A DNA stretch of 47,783 nucleotides. It comes from Pseudomonadota bacterium (lineage in GTDB: Bacteria > Bdellovibrionota_B > Oligoflexia > Silvanigrellales > Silvanigrellaceae). The notes under the pieces are model-generated. The model had not been told where the DNA came from and did not search any database. It saw nothing but the letters and a program-made list of their open reading frames with translations. Shown here in pieces: positions 9,184-19,073 of this stretch (position 1 is its first letter; every line of letters starts with the position of its first letter). The position numbers and the translations under genes were made by a program. The stretch is from contig JBDLRP010000018.1 in assembly GCA_039799905.1 (NCBI GenBank), forward strand, positions 1 to 47,783, read 5' to 3'.

Positions 9184-10344
9184 ATGTCTTCACCTTCGCA
9201 TCCTGCCCGCCAACCTTGCCGGAGCGGACGTAGTAAAAGTCAAAGAAAATTCTTGAAATCTCTTGAAACAGCGATGCTTGCAGGCTTTGTTTCACTTCTT
9301 GCCGGATGTTCAACAGAAAAGTCCTCATCACCAGCAAATTCCCGCATCTTCGAAGCGTGGGATGTTCTTAATCAGCCGTCACGATTCGGAAGGCAATTCG
9401 AAACACGTTACGAGTCGCTTCCGCGTTCCGGACGATTGGCGACAATTCCATGGTCTGATTACTATTGGCCGACGCAGCGCGCAGGTATCGCCTACAGATG
9501 GTTGAATCCGGGTTCACCGCCGTTCGGATACGCGTTGCTGAGCCAGCAGGCACTCAGATCCATGTCCGGCGAAGAGATCAGCAAACTTTCTCCCGCGGAA
9601 AAACTCGACGTCTTCATGGGCCGCTTCGACTTTCCGACCGTAAAATCAGAACGCAGGCGTACCTATCCGGGGGCAGCCGCGTGGGAAGGACTTTGCCACG
9701 GATGGGCACCGGCCGCACTCCATTTCGCAGAACCAAAACCTGTGAGCATAAACTCTGTCGACGGGATAAAAATCAATTTTGGTTCAGCGGATGTCAAAGC
9801 ACTTCTTGGCTGGCACACGGCACTGCACAACTCACTCGGCGCGGTTGGACTGGGGGGCCGCTGCAACCTCAGCGGCAGCATCGGCATGAGCACGTCGGCT
9901 TGCCGTGATTCGAACGCCGGTGCCTTTCACGTCGTCTTGACCAACATGCTGGGTCGTTTCAAGGAAGGATTTATCATCGACATCGCGCGAGCCGCCGAAG
10001 TCTGGAATCAGCCCGTTTATGGCTTCCGTAGCCGCGAAGTGTCACGCCAGGGGCCTTCTCCAGGGGCAGCAGTTGGAACCAAGCAAGAAATCATTGTCGA
10101 GAGTGAAGTCTATTACACAACCGAGACTGAACCGCAGTGGAATGCACTAGGTCAGTTGACGGAACGTCCTTCAGTCGCGACAGCAGTCTATCGATACCGC
10201 ATTGAAGTTGATTCGGCAGGAACTATCCGTGGCGGCGAGTGGTTGCAGGACGCACGGCCTGATTTTCTCTGGATGCAGCAGCACGGGGGCTTTTCCGCAA
10301 CGTACAAGGCAATTCAAAAGATCTACGAGGCGTCCATCCGTTGA
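9184..10344 (+). CDS. GP42/TGase-elicitor-like transglutaminase lipoprotein
   Basis: PWSDYYWP, LSPAEK, WEGLCHGWAPAA, NAGAFH, VWNQPV, GGEW...RPDFLW. Lipobox LAGC. Confidence 0.8.
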   Translation: MSSPSHPARQPCRSGRSKSQRKFLKSLETAMLAGFVSLLAGCSTEKSSSPANSRIFEAWDVLNQPSRFGRQFETRYESLPRSGRLATIPWSDYYWPTQRAGIAYRWLNPGSPPFGYALLSQQALRSMSGEEISKLSPAEKLDVFMGRFDFPTVKSERRRTYPGAAAWEGLCHGWAPAALHFAEPKPVSINSVDGIKINFGSADVKALLGWHTALHNSLGAVGLGGRCNLSGSIGMSTSACRDSNAGAFHVVLTNMLGRFKEGFIIDIARAAEVWNQPVYGFRSREVSRQGPSPGAAVGTKQEIIVESEVYYTTETEPQWNALGQLTERPSVATAVYRYRIEVDSAGTIRGGEWLQDARPDFLWMQQHGGFSATYKAIQKIYEASIR

Positions 10345-10357
10345 AAGATTCACAGCC

Positions 10358-11227
10358 TCAGCGTGCGATAACCTGCTCAGCCAGAATCGACAGGCTGGTG
10401 TCCAGATAGCGGACACTCAACACTCCGTCGGCTGATTTGAATAGGTAAGCAAAGCCCAACTTTGACGCCGAAAATACGGAGCGCGGATGAGTTGCGACAG
10501 TGCGGGTTTCAGCTCCGGCGCCGCTGAGCACCAGATCGACTCCGCAATCGGTTTGCAAATGCTCGAGATGGTGATCATGACCCGATGCATAGATATGCGT
10601 GTTGCCGCACAGCTTGGGCGAAACAATGTCGCGCATATGGGGAGTGTCACCATGCTGTCCGCCCGAATGTATCGGATAGTGTCCGACAACGACACGGTAT
10701 CCGTCGAAGGAACCTTGCAGCGTTCTATCGAGCCATTCCTTCTGACGCGTGTCGCGCGGCAAGGTCACCGTGTCGATGGCGACGAACTGAACACCGCGCG
10801 TTGCAAATGAGTAGTATCTTGTGGGCATGCGCCACGCCGCCGAATGTCGGGTGTAGTCAACCTGCGCCTGGACATTGCCGCGGTTGAAAAAATACCCGTA
10901 ATCGTGATTGCCAAGCACGGCCCAGAACTCTATTCCCATTTTGGCGTACATATCTTCGAAATGTGTGCGAAACTTGCTGTCGGTAACGCTACGCACTCCG
11001 CTGTTGTAGAAGTTGTCACCGAGCAGAAACGCGAAATCACAGCGGTTGGATTCACAAAAACGCGCCATCGCATCGGCGACAATCCGCTGCCCCTCGTTGC
11101 CCTTGCCCTGATCGCCCACCAAAAGAACTCCGAGCTCAATAGCCGGTTCTCCTGACTGAGCGCCTGACTGGCCAGAGGCAGGCAGAGACAAAAACAGCAG
11201 AAAAGCCATAACACACAGTAAACGCAT
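10358..11227 (-). CDS. Secreted metallophosphoesterase (purple/tartrate-resistant acid phosphatase-like)
   Basis: GDQG, GDNFY, GNHD, GHYP and GHDH motifs. Signal peptide. Confidence 0.9.
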   Translation of the reverse strand: MRLLCVMAFLLFLSLPASGQSGAQSGEPAIELGVLLVGDQGKGNEGQRIVADAMARFCESNRCDFAFLLGDNFYNSGVRSVTDSKFRTHFEDMYAKMGIEFWAVLGNHDYGYFFNRGNVQAQVDYTRHSAAWRMPTRYYSFATRGVQFVAIDTVTLPRDTRQKEWLDRTLQGSFDGYRVVVGHYPIHSGGQHGDTPHMRDIVSPKLCGNTHIYASGHDHHLEHLQTDCGVDLVLSGAGAETRTVATHPRSVFSASKLGFAYLFKSADGVLSVRYLDTSLSILAEQVIAR

Positions 11228-11339
11228 AGTTTCTTTCCATAACATCAAATTTTGACTACTGATAAGGGGTTTTGCCGGAAGGTGTCAACCTGCAATTTTT
11301 ATCCTTGTTTACAAATTCGATGCAAAGAAAAATAAAAAC

Positions 11340-12524
11340 ATGCTGATGCGCACACTGGCCCTTCTCATCACACAGAACATCATGACCATCCGGTTTTGTC
11401 TTGTTGCAGCCGGAGCGATCATTCTATTTCCAAGAATTTTTTTTCAAGCACAATTAGCCCTCGCAAACACAGATGAAACTGTCGGAAAAGTTGGGCGCGG
11501 ACAAAGAAAAATAAAACTCGATACCTGTCAGGTGCCGGTCATCGGCAAGGATCTCGTCGAGGGAGACCTTGCTGAAATTATCGATAAATCAGGTCAGCGT
11601 ATCGCTCTCGTGAAAATTGAGAGAATGAAGTCATCCGCAGCACGTCTTGTCGGGACCGTTCTGGTCGGCAGTGAAAAATGCAGCCAGCTGCGCGGCCTTG
11701 CCATGCGTGCGGTCGTTTCCGGCGAATCGGGCGGTTCTGCGGCTGATTCGGGAAAAAGTAAAAACGACATCCTGCGCGTTGTGCCCAAATATATCCTTGC
11801 ACAATCTGCTTTGCCGGGTTTAGCCCTGAATAAATTTCTCACGCCTGGGTACACCCAGCGCGGCTATGCAGTGAGTGGCTCAGTGTTGCTTCCGCGCAAT
11901 CCGATTGCTGTCGGGCCGACAAAGTTCAATTTTAAAACCGACGCGAGTTGGACGAGTTTGACCACTTCACCCTCAATCGACATCGTCAAGGACGGTAAAA
12001 TTGAGGGCATCCAGTCCATTAATACTCAGAGTATCAGCGCCCGTGCCGGTGGTAGAATCTTCTATCTGGATTCGCGTCTTTGGTCGGGAATCGGCGCGAT
12101 TTTGTATGATAGTTTTAAAAGCAAGTCTCAGGTCAGCAGCGTGAACGGCGCAGACGCCGAGAAGATCCTCCGCGTCATCCGCGATCTGAACGGGAGCGGA
12201 TTCGGGCTCTATGCGGAACAAGGATTTATCATCAACAGAGCGGCGGAGGTCTCAATCAGCGGAGGCATCGGGTTGAAAACTTCGATAACGACTCCGATCG
12301 TCGAAGACGGCGATGCGACGAATGCAAGTGAGAACGCAACCGTTCAAGGTCTGCCTTTGTTTGCCGCAGCATCATTTCGCATTCCCTTTCTTTCGCTGTT
12401 TTTTGCGGAAGTAAATTTGGATTATCGAAAATATGCCTTCAGCGTTCCGCTCATCAACAACGGTGAGAGCAAAGCACAATACGACAACTTGCTGTTCGCG
12501 GCAGGTTTGGGAGTGAATTTTTAA
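11340..12524 (+). CDS. Hypothetical outer-membrane protein (N-terminal beta domain plus probable beta-barrel)
   Basis: Signal-like N-terminus, amphipathic beta strands, C-terminal AAGLGVNF (BAM-type terminal Phe). Start uncertain. Confidence 0.6.
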   Translation: MLMRTLALLITQNIMTIRFCLVAAGAIILFPRIFFQAQLALANTDETVGKVGRGQRKIKLDTCQVPVIGKDLVEGDLAEIIDKSGQRIALVKIERMKSSAARLVGTVLVGSEKCSQLRGLAMRAVVSGESGGSAADSGKSKNDILRVVPKYILAQSALPGLALNKFLTPGYTQRGYAVSGSVLLPRNPIAVGPTKFNFKTDASWTSLTTSPSIDIVKDGKIEGIQSINTQSISARAGGRIFYLDSRLWSGIGAILYDSFKSKSQVSSVNGADAEKILRVIRDLNGSGFGLYAEQGFIINRAAEVSISGGIGLKTSITTPIVEDGDATNASENATVQGLPLFAAASFRIPFLSLFFAEVNLDYRKYAFSVPLINNGESKAQYDNLLFAAGLGVNF

Positions 12525-12530
12525 CGCACG

Positions 12531-13622
12531 TTATGCTGCAGATTTATTCTCAATTTCAAACTGAGAATCGGCATTGTGATTATCTGCCGAAACATCGGGT
12601 AGAAAGGAAAACCTGACCACGAAACGGGGATGACGGGAGTGTTCATCATACCAAATCTCCCCGCCGGCAGATTCAACCATTTCCCTGCAGAGCGCAAGCC
12701 CCAATCCCATACCGCTCCCGGTGCGTTTCGTCGTGAAAAATGGTTTGAAAAGTTTGCTCTGGTAACTGCGTGGAATGGGGTTACCGCCATTCACAACTGC
12801 GAACTCTGCGGCGCCGCCCTTTTCAGTCATTTCAACCTTAACCCAGCGGCTGTTCGGATCATCGAGATTTTCAACGGCATCAATCGCATTTTTGACCAAA
12901 TTGACCAAAACCTGTGTCTGCCGGGTCAGACCTCCGGCAATCAGAATCGCAGGAATCTTTTCCGGCCATGACAATGAGACTGATTTTCCATGTGCGAATG
13001 TTTCACAAAGATCTCTTGCGAGGGCGAATATTCCCTGTACCGGCACAAATGAAGACTCAGCGGAATTCTGTGCCGACGCGAACGACTTTACCGACTGCAT
13101 CATTCCGGTCATAAACTGCAACTGACGCTCGATGCTGGCAAGCGATCGCTCAAAGGCCTGACGATCATCTGCAAAGCGATTGCGCCTGATTTCACCGACC
13201 CGAAGAATGAGGGTCGACAGCGGATGACTCAATTCATGTGACAATCGCGCGCTCATGAGACCAACGGTACGCAAACGATCATCGTGAAAGTCATTTTCAT
13301 TCAATCCCCTGACCTGGTGCTGTACGTTGGTCAGGGAATCCGATTCTGCTAGCGAATCACCGGCTGACGTGTCTTCTGATTTTTTTTGCATCGTCCAACG
13401 CATGAATGAAAAGCTAAGAACAAAAATCGACGCCGAAAGGATGTCCCATTCCTCATTGCGAACGTTTCCTAGTTGCATGAGCAGTGAGTGGATGAACATT
13501 CCGACAAGACCGCTGCAAATGACATCTGCCCACGCACGCAGACGCTCGCTGAAGAACAAGATGCACACGAACAGCACTTCGGCAGCAAGCAAACAGATTA
13601 ATCCGAAGGTGTTGAGTTCCAT
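12531..13622 (-). CDS. Membrane sensor histidine kinase (NtrB-like)
   Basis: About three TM segments. H-box SHELSHPL, N-box NLVKNAIDA, F-box FKPFFTTK, G2 GMGLGL. Confidence 0.9.
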   Translation of the reverse strand: MELNTFGLICLLAAEVLFVCILFFSERLRAWADVICSGLVGMFIHSLLMQLGNVRNEEWDILSASIFVLSFSFMRWTMQKKSEDTSAGDSLAESDSLTNVQHQVRGLNENDFHDDRLRTVGLMSARLSHELSHPLSTLILRVGEIRRNRFADDRQAFERSLASIERQLQFMTGMMQSVKSFASAQNSAESSFVPVQGIFALARDLCETFAHGKSVSLSWPEKIPAILIAGGLTRQTQVLVNLVKNAIDAVENLDDPNSRWVKVEMTEKGGAAEFAVVNGGNPIPRSYQSKLFKPFFTTKRTGSGMGLGLALCREMVESAGGEIWYDEHSRHPRFVVRFSFLPDVSADNHNADSQFEIENKSAA

Positions 13623-13695
13623 GTTCAAAGATTCCCCGAGACGTGGCCAGCCCCGGAAGTTATCGGCCACAAATGACGCCAGGCTGATGAATTTT

Positions 13696-14220
13696 TTACA
13701 GCACGTCGCTTGGCCTTTGACCGCTCACCTGCCTCACAACAAGAAAGCAGAGAGATTCCTCCGGATTCACCGGGGGAGTTTGCCAGCTCCCTCCCGACAG
13801 GAACAATTTCTCAGTATCTTGCGATGAATCAAAGCATTTACTCAGTTCTCCAGAATTCCATCGCCAGTCCTCAGAGCCGCGGGTTGTCTGAAGAACCTCA
13901 AACGTCAGTCCACCCCAATTGCTTCTGCATTCTGCCCTGCAGACAAAAACATCCTGTGATTGATGAATTTCTCCCTGCACAACCCAAATCTTGTCGGGCG
14001 TTTGAAAGTTTGGCAGTGGCGTCGGTGGCGGTGTGCGTCGTGGTCTGGCGGGTTGAGGCGTACGCCGAGGAGTTGGTGTCACGGAAGGAAGCGTAAGCAA
14101 GGAGTCCTTGGCGGCAGCCTCATCTCGCAAATGCAGCAAAGCCGCCAGGCAAAAAAGTGCTAATCCAGCCCAAAAAATTGTGGCGGCGAGTCCTAAGCCT
14201 TTTTTCATTCCTCTTGGCAT
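13696..14220 (-). CDS. Hypothetical membrane-anchored protein with Pro-rich linker
   Basis: N-terminal TM, PTPRRTPQPARPRRTPPPTP linker, small Cys/Trp-containing domain. Confidence 0.6.
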   Translation of the reverse strand: MPRGMKKGLGLAATIFWAGLALFCLAALLHLRDEAAAKDSLLTLPSVTPTPRRTPQPARPRRTPPPTPLPNFQTPDKIWVVQGEIHQSQDVFVCRAECRSNWGGLTFEVLQTTRGSEDWRWNSGELSKCFDSSQDTEKLFLSGGSWQTPPVNPEESLCFLVVRQVSGQRPSDVL

Positions 14221-14355
14221 TTTGCAGTTCCTCCCAAGCGGCTCTCACCTATATCAGCGTCACCGCTCTGACTCAGTGGGCAATTTTTTCCATCTGCAAA
14301 GTGTCTTGGGTTGTCGAAGTGTCGCAGGTGGATTGCAGACACGAGGAGACGGGAA

Positions 14356-14988
14356 ATGACGAAAAAACTGCCGATACAATACAAAATTGGTTTTTTTTCC
14401 GTGCTTATCCCGCTGCTCGGATCGTGCAAGCAGCGGGCGTACAATCAATCGAAAACAAAGGATTTGGTTGTTGCCGGCGATGCGATGGTGACCGTTTGCA
14501 CACTCGTGGGCCCCCCATTTCAGGAGGCATCTCCCGATTCAAAAGCAAGCGTCCGGGTCTCATGTCAGGGAAAGTGCAATGGAGCCGACTACCGTGGTCG
14601 AAAGTTTTACGTTGGCAACGATGAAAAAGTAAAAGGTATCGAATTCTCAGCTTCATTGTCGGGCGGTAAAGAGCTGCGCGGTCTATTCATCGTTGATCCG
14701 GAAAATACGCTGCTCACTTCTCTGACCTCAGTGCGCGCCGATCATCCGGAGATCCAGAAGTCACTCGCCCAATATGCAATCGATCCGGCGACTGTCAGTG
14801 CAGTTTCGATACCTGCGGATGCCAGGCTGCTTCTGATGACCGGAACACGTGCGTCCCTTTCAAGCGCCGGACTGAATGACGGCGGCACTCTCGACTGCGG
14901 AGGGCAGCCAATTGAAGGGGCGATAGATCTGGAGCAGTTCAAGGAGCAAAATTTGAACGAGGTGCGCAATTCAGCCGCGTCACCCTGA
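14356..14988 (+). CDS. Hypothetical lipoprotein
   Basis: GAGGAG RBS, lipobox LGSC, four further Cys. Confidence 0.65.
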   Translation: MTKKLPIQYKIGFFSVLIPLLGSCKQRAYNQSKTKDLVVAGDAMVTVCTLVGPPFQEASPDSKASVRVSCQGKCNGADYRGRKFYVGNDEKVKGIEFSASLSGGKELRGLFIVDPENTLLTSLTSVRADHPEIQKSLAQYAIDPATVSAVSIPADARLLLMTGTRASLSSAGLNDGGTLDCGGQPIEGAIDLEQFKEQNLNEVRNSAASP

Positions 14989-14989
14989 C

Positions 14990-15673
14990 TTAGAAGTTAC
15001 TCTCTAGACCTAGCGTCAAACCAAACCAGTTCGCCGAACCTAGCAAGACATCGGCGCCGCCGAGAACGTGAACACCATCAATTGCGAGTGTACGCAGGTA
15101 AGTTCCCGCCGCAAGGCCTGCACCGTGCCGGGCCTTTTCTCTTCCGCTGAGTGGGTCCTGCGCCACCATGCGTTGATAGCTGACCGCTGACTGAAGAAGT
15201 AAATCAAATGGCATGCCACCCAAATCAATCGGTGCAGAGCCAAGACGCAACATGACGCCAAGCGACTGCAATGCCCACTGAGTATCGGCAGCCGCATCAA
15301 CTCCGGAGAACGTCTGATAGCTTGCACCGAGGCTGGTACTGCGGGAATCAAAAAAAGGCAGCGCTATCTCATAGTCAGACAATCGCTTGCCGGCGTAGAC
15401 TCCGATACCCAGACGGTCTGACTTCATTTTCTTTTCCTGTACAACTTTCCCTGCACCGAGTGCGGTTCTCAGCTGAAAGGTCCACGCGGGCTCAGCCGGC
15501 GGCTTCGCTGCAGCGGGTGCAATTGCAGGTTGGTCGCTTTTTTCTGCGGCAGGCGACTGCTCCGTTGCAGGAACAGATTCATTGGCGAACGCAAGTCGCG
15601 CGGACACGACCGACAACATCAGACATGTTCCGAGAGCTACCGGAGATGCTTTGCGGGCGAATGATAAATTCAT
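14990..15673 (-). CDS. Hypothetical small outer-membrane beta-barrel
   Basis: Signal peptide, Pro/Ala linker, alternating beta strands, ends LTLGLESNF. Confidence 0.65.
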   Translation of the reverse strand: MNLSFARKASPVALGTCLMLSVVSARLAFANESVPATEQSPAAEKSDQPAIAPAAAKPPAEPAWTFQLRTALGAGKVVQEKKMKSDRLGIGVYAGKRLSDYEIALPFFDSRSTSLGASYQTFSGVDAAADTQWALQSLGVMLRLGSAPIDLGGMPFDLLLQSAVSYQRMVAQDPLSGREKARHGAGLAAGTYLRTLAIDGVHVLGGADVLLGSANWFGLTLGLESNF

Positions 15674-15728
15674 GTGCGAATCCCTTTTAATCAGCTAAAA
15701 TCTTTTGCCAGAAACACACCACCGCTCA

Positions 15729-16901
15729 TCACATGCCCATCGAAATGACCCAGACTCGCTGATTCTCTTTACGGTCAAAGAACAAGTTCGGCTCGATGTA
15801 GCTTGCCAAACGCAATTTAACCAGTGCACGCAATTCAAGGCCGGCACTCCAGTTTCCGTTACCCCAACCGGCGTCAACCAACGCTCTGACGTACTTTGAT
15901 CTGAATCCACCTTCGACCCCAAAAGCAGGCTTCAGGGCAGCTGAAGAAGGACGGTTGATTTCACGCATTTCCCCTGAAAGCCTGACGAAACCTGGACCGT
16001 CGATGGGTGAGATGCTGAATCCGACGTTGACGACCTGCTTGATAAGGTCTGGAGTTCCAAGAAAGTCGGATCCCTTGAGGGCAGGCAGATTTGCGAAGGC
16101 CGACCGGGCTGCTTCATAAAACTTTGTGTCACCGACGTTGAGGATCGCCAAACCGAAGGTGGGCGACATCGCCTCGATGGGCGTTACCATCAGACCCAAA
16201 TCAACTCCGACACCCTGACCAATTGCAATGATGTTCTTTAATGTCTCGCGAGGTTCGATGGCCTCGTTGAGCGTCAGATTGGCTCGTCCGCCCTGTGCGC
16301 GCAGCTTATAATAGGGCGCCGCACCAACACTCACGCGGCCATCAAGAAAATTATGTGCGTATCCCAACCGAGTGTCCGAGTCCGCAAGCAGGCCGAGGTC
16401 GGCAAGTTCGGGTAGAAGTTTTGCATGCACACCCAACCCGAAATCAACCGACTCAGTCTGGGCGAAACCCCAATGACGGCTTACAAAATAGTGTTGTAAT
16501 TCAATCCCGAGTGCAGCCGTCCGTGACGAAATCACATCACCAATTTTGATGAATCCGTCGATCTGCTTGGACGTGTCTGAACCACCCGTCATTTCTTTTA
16601 GCGAATCGAGGATTTTGTTTGCATCATCAACCATCGCTCCGATTCCTGATGAACCGAAGCTGCCGGATGCATTCACTTCAGCAAAAGCGGCGAACCACGA
16701 ATCGAGGCGCGCCAGACCCGCTGGGTTATAAAAGAGCGCGTTTTGATCGTCGGCAACCGCTGTGAAGGCGCCACCGAGAGAGGCCGGGCGCGAGCCGGTG
16801 ATTTGGTAAGGCAGACGCAGCGACGGTGCTTGCGCCCATGCAGACACACTTCCGGATGCCAGCAAAAATCCGCAGGACACCTTAAGTAACAGACTCTTCA
16901 T
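15729..16901 (-). CDS. PorV/FadL/TraF-like outer-membrane beta-barrel
   Basis: N-terminal plug motif GSRPASLGGAFTAVADDQNALFYNPAGLA. Signal peptide. GAGGAG RBS before ATG 16901. Confidence 0.75.
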   Translation of the reverse strand: MKSLLLKVSCGFLLASGSVSAWAQAPSLRLPYQITGSRPASLGGAFTAVADDQNALFYNPAGLARLDSWFAAFAEVNASGSFGSSGIGAMVDDANKILDSLKEMTGGSDTSKQIDGFIKIGDVISSRTAALGIELQHYFVSRHWGFAQTESVDFGLGVHAKLLPELADLGLLADSDTRLGYAHNFLDGRVSVGAAPYYKLRAQGGRANLTLNEAIEPRETLKNIIAIGQGVGVDLGLMVTPIEAMSPTFGLAILNVGDTKFYEAARSAFANLPALKGSDFLGTPDLIKQVVNVGFSISPIDGPGFVRLSGEMREINRPSSAALKPAFGVEGGFRSKYVRALVDAGWGNGNWSAGLELRALVKLRLASYIEPNLFFDRKENQRVWVISMGM

Positions 16902-17021
16902 TCGCAGACACTCCTCTGTGGTCCATGGAGGTGTTTCCCACGGAAACACCTTAGTCTAAAAAGAGCATCACCGATTAGACAACCGGGTTCGTCAATGCGG
17001 TGTCATGCCAAAGCCGGCAGC

Positions 17022-17909
17022 TTATTCGTATCTGGACACGATTGTTTTGCAGTAGTCCAGCCATTCGCGTGTCACGCGGGTGGTTCTGCCATCGACAGCG
17101 GCTTCCCTTGCACAGGAAAGTCCATTGCGCACTTTTTGAAGATCCTGCTCGGCATGCATTGCAGCATGCTCACTTTGCTCAATCAACTTCATCAGCCTGA
17201 TGCGGTTCGAAAATCCAACGTATGGTAGCGCAGACGTCAGCTGAAGGGGTGAATCAATGGTGCGAGGCATTACCTTGCTTTCTTCCACGGAAGCCGCGGG
17301 CCCTGACGGGGTGAATGAAGCGTCCGTGAGGGCCTGACGAATATCCGCGATTTCCGCCCGCTCTTTCAATTCCCTGTTCTGTGCACTGCAATGGCTGGCC
17401 TTTTCCCATTCAACTTGCAAATCGACAGCATGTTTCTTCGATTTCGCCTCGGCCCACTCTCGGTTGTTCAGCAACTCAAGATTTTCGGGCGACAACTTGA
17501 TGCTGAATTGACTGATGATCATTTGCAATCGTGCGCGGGCATCATTCAAAGCCGCAATCTTGCAGTCTGCCTCGCGCAATTGGTACTCAAGAGATTTCTT
17601 TCGCACATCGACGAACAAATGTTTCGCCAGCCAGTAGAGCCGGGGTTTGCCCAACAGGGCTGCACTCTCCGACTTCTTGAGAACTTCACGATATAGTTTG
17701 CGCGCCTGCAGAAGACCCTCATCAACGCGCGAACGCAACTCACAAACCATTTGCCACTCTCGTGCAAAACGTTCTGCGGAATCGTTCAACAACTTCAGTG
17801 CCGGGTGTCGCTGCGTTTGTTCTGCGAAAAGGCGTTCCACATCGTCCAAAACAGACTGCGGATCATCCTTCATCTTTTTGATTGCATCTTCAATGGCCGT
17901 GCTCGCCAT
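17022..17909 (-). CDS. Hypothetical helical/coiled-coil protein (possibly the C-terminal part of the upstream ORF)
   Basis: 295-aa ORF rich in E/K/R/L/A. Overlaps the upstream ORF by 20 nt. Confidence 0.6.
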   Translation of the reverse strand: MASTAIEDAIKKMKDDPQSVLDDVERLFAEQTQRHPALKLLNDSAERFAREWQMVCELRSRVDEGLLQARKLYREVLKKSESAALLGKPRLYWLAKHLFVDVRKKSLEYQLREADCKIAALNDARARLQMIISQFSIKLSPENLELLNNREWAEAKSKKHAVDLQVEWEKASHCSAQNRELKERAEIADIRQALTDASFTPSGPAASVEESKVMPRTIDSPLQLTSALPYVGFSNRIRLMKLIEQSEHAAMHAEQDLQKVRNGLSCAREAAVDGRTTRVTREWLDYCKTIVSRYE

Positions 17910-18990
17910 ACAACAGGCTCTCCTCGGCTGTTTTCATCATTGACCGCATGCTTTCAACTGCGCTTTTCCAGCGCCTGTGCGCATCTTCCTGCTGTTCGAT
18001 TTCAAATGCATTCAGACAAAGGAATTCGTTTTGAATCTCCTGCTGAGCCTGATTCAAGCGACGAACCCAGTCACCTTCACAATGATCCGTGCGGTTGTGT
18101 ATTTTTCCCGACAGCTGATGAACGTTTAAATCCTTTTCCCGTGCATCGTGTTCCAGGCTTTTCTTCAGAACTTCATTGTGGGCGGCAGTTTGTGTAAATC
18201 TTCCTGCAAGTTCTTTTTTTATCTCGTTGTCAACAGCTCTGGTGAAGTCCTCAAAGACGGTCGCAAAGTGCTCGCCGCAATCCACCAGCAGAGTTTTATT
18301 CTCCAATGCTATCAGCGCAGACAGTCGCTCACATTCGCGCAGCCTCTCGACAATTTCAGCATTTTTTTTCTGTTTGAGAAGTTCCATTTGCTCGATTTGT
18401 GCCTCATCTCTCTGCGCACTTTTCGACCAACGGATGATTCTCAGGCGATCGAGAAGACTCACTCGCGTTGAAGCAGATTCTGCGCGCTTCTCCTCTTTTG
18501 TTAATCTTTCCTGAATCAGACAGACTTTTTGCTGCGACGATTCAAGTTCTTTTTGGATCTGCTCAAAAGCCGACAGTTCGGCCCGCCAACGCCAACTCAT
18601 CAGCAGGTCGCGGACATTTTCGGGAATGGACGCTTCAAAAGTATGCCACAATGCCCTGCGCCGGAGACTCCATTCAGCCTGAAAATCGCCGCGCGGATTG
18701 ACGTAGTGACTGAACTGGCCGTCAACCTGAAGCACAGATCGTGGAACGCCCTCGACAAACGGACTGCCTGCACCACTCTCAAGCTGCGGCTCGGAGTTTC
18801 TGGTGAACTCATCCATCCGCAACAACTTCTCGAGTGAGGCGATGAGTTCTTTGTGCTTTTTGACAATCCTCTTGTCCTTTCCAGTTGAGGCAAAAATCCG
18901 AATTCTGGAAATGAGAACAGATAAGGTCCGACCGTCTGTCAGCGGCGAATTGATGTCGTTTTTGCTGGATTGTAAAGTGCGAACATTCAT
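17890..18990 (-). CDS. Hypothetical helical/coiled-coil protein
   Basis: 366-aa charged helical ORF with no TM or recognisable motif. Confidence 0.6.
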   Translation of the reverse strand: MNVRTLQSSKNDINSPLTDGRTLSVLISRIRIFASTGKDKRIVKKHKELIASLEKLLRMDEFTRNSEPQLESGAGSPFVEGVPRSVLQVDGQFSHYVNPRGDFQAEWSLRRRALWHTFEASIPENVRDLLMSWRWRAELSAFEQIQKELESSQQKVCLIQERLTKEEKRAESASTRVSLLDRLRIIRWSKSAQRDEAQIEQMELLKQKKNAEIVERLRECERLSALIALENKTLLVDCGEHFATVFEDFTRAVDNEIKKELAGRFTQTAAHNEVLKKSLEHDAREKDLNVHQLSGKIHNRTDHCEGDWVRRLNQAQQEIQNEFLCLNAFEIEQQEDAHRRWKSAVESMRSMMKTAEESLLYGEHGH

Positions 18991-19073
18991 GCCCCCATTT
19001 TAACAGGACATGGCGACAAGCAATGGGAACTTTTGGCAGTCTGAGCTCTGTCGGGGGGAGCCTGAAAGGTAAA

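Noticed and set aside
12770..12800. Kinase G1 box NGGNP as evidence of a pseudokinase
   Set aside because: Asn-type G1 variants occur in other kinases, and the H, N, F and G2 boxes are intact.
15729..16901. Conjugation gene traF
   Set aside because: The plug motif is shared by FadL/PorV-type barrels and there are no other tra or T4SS genes.
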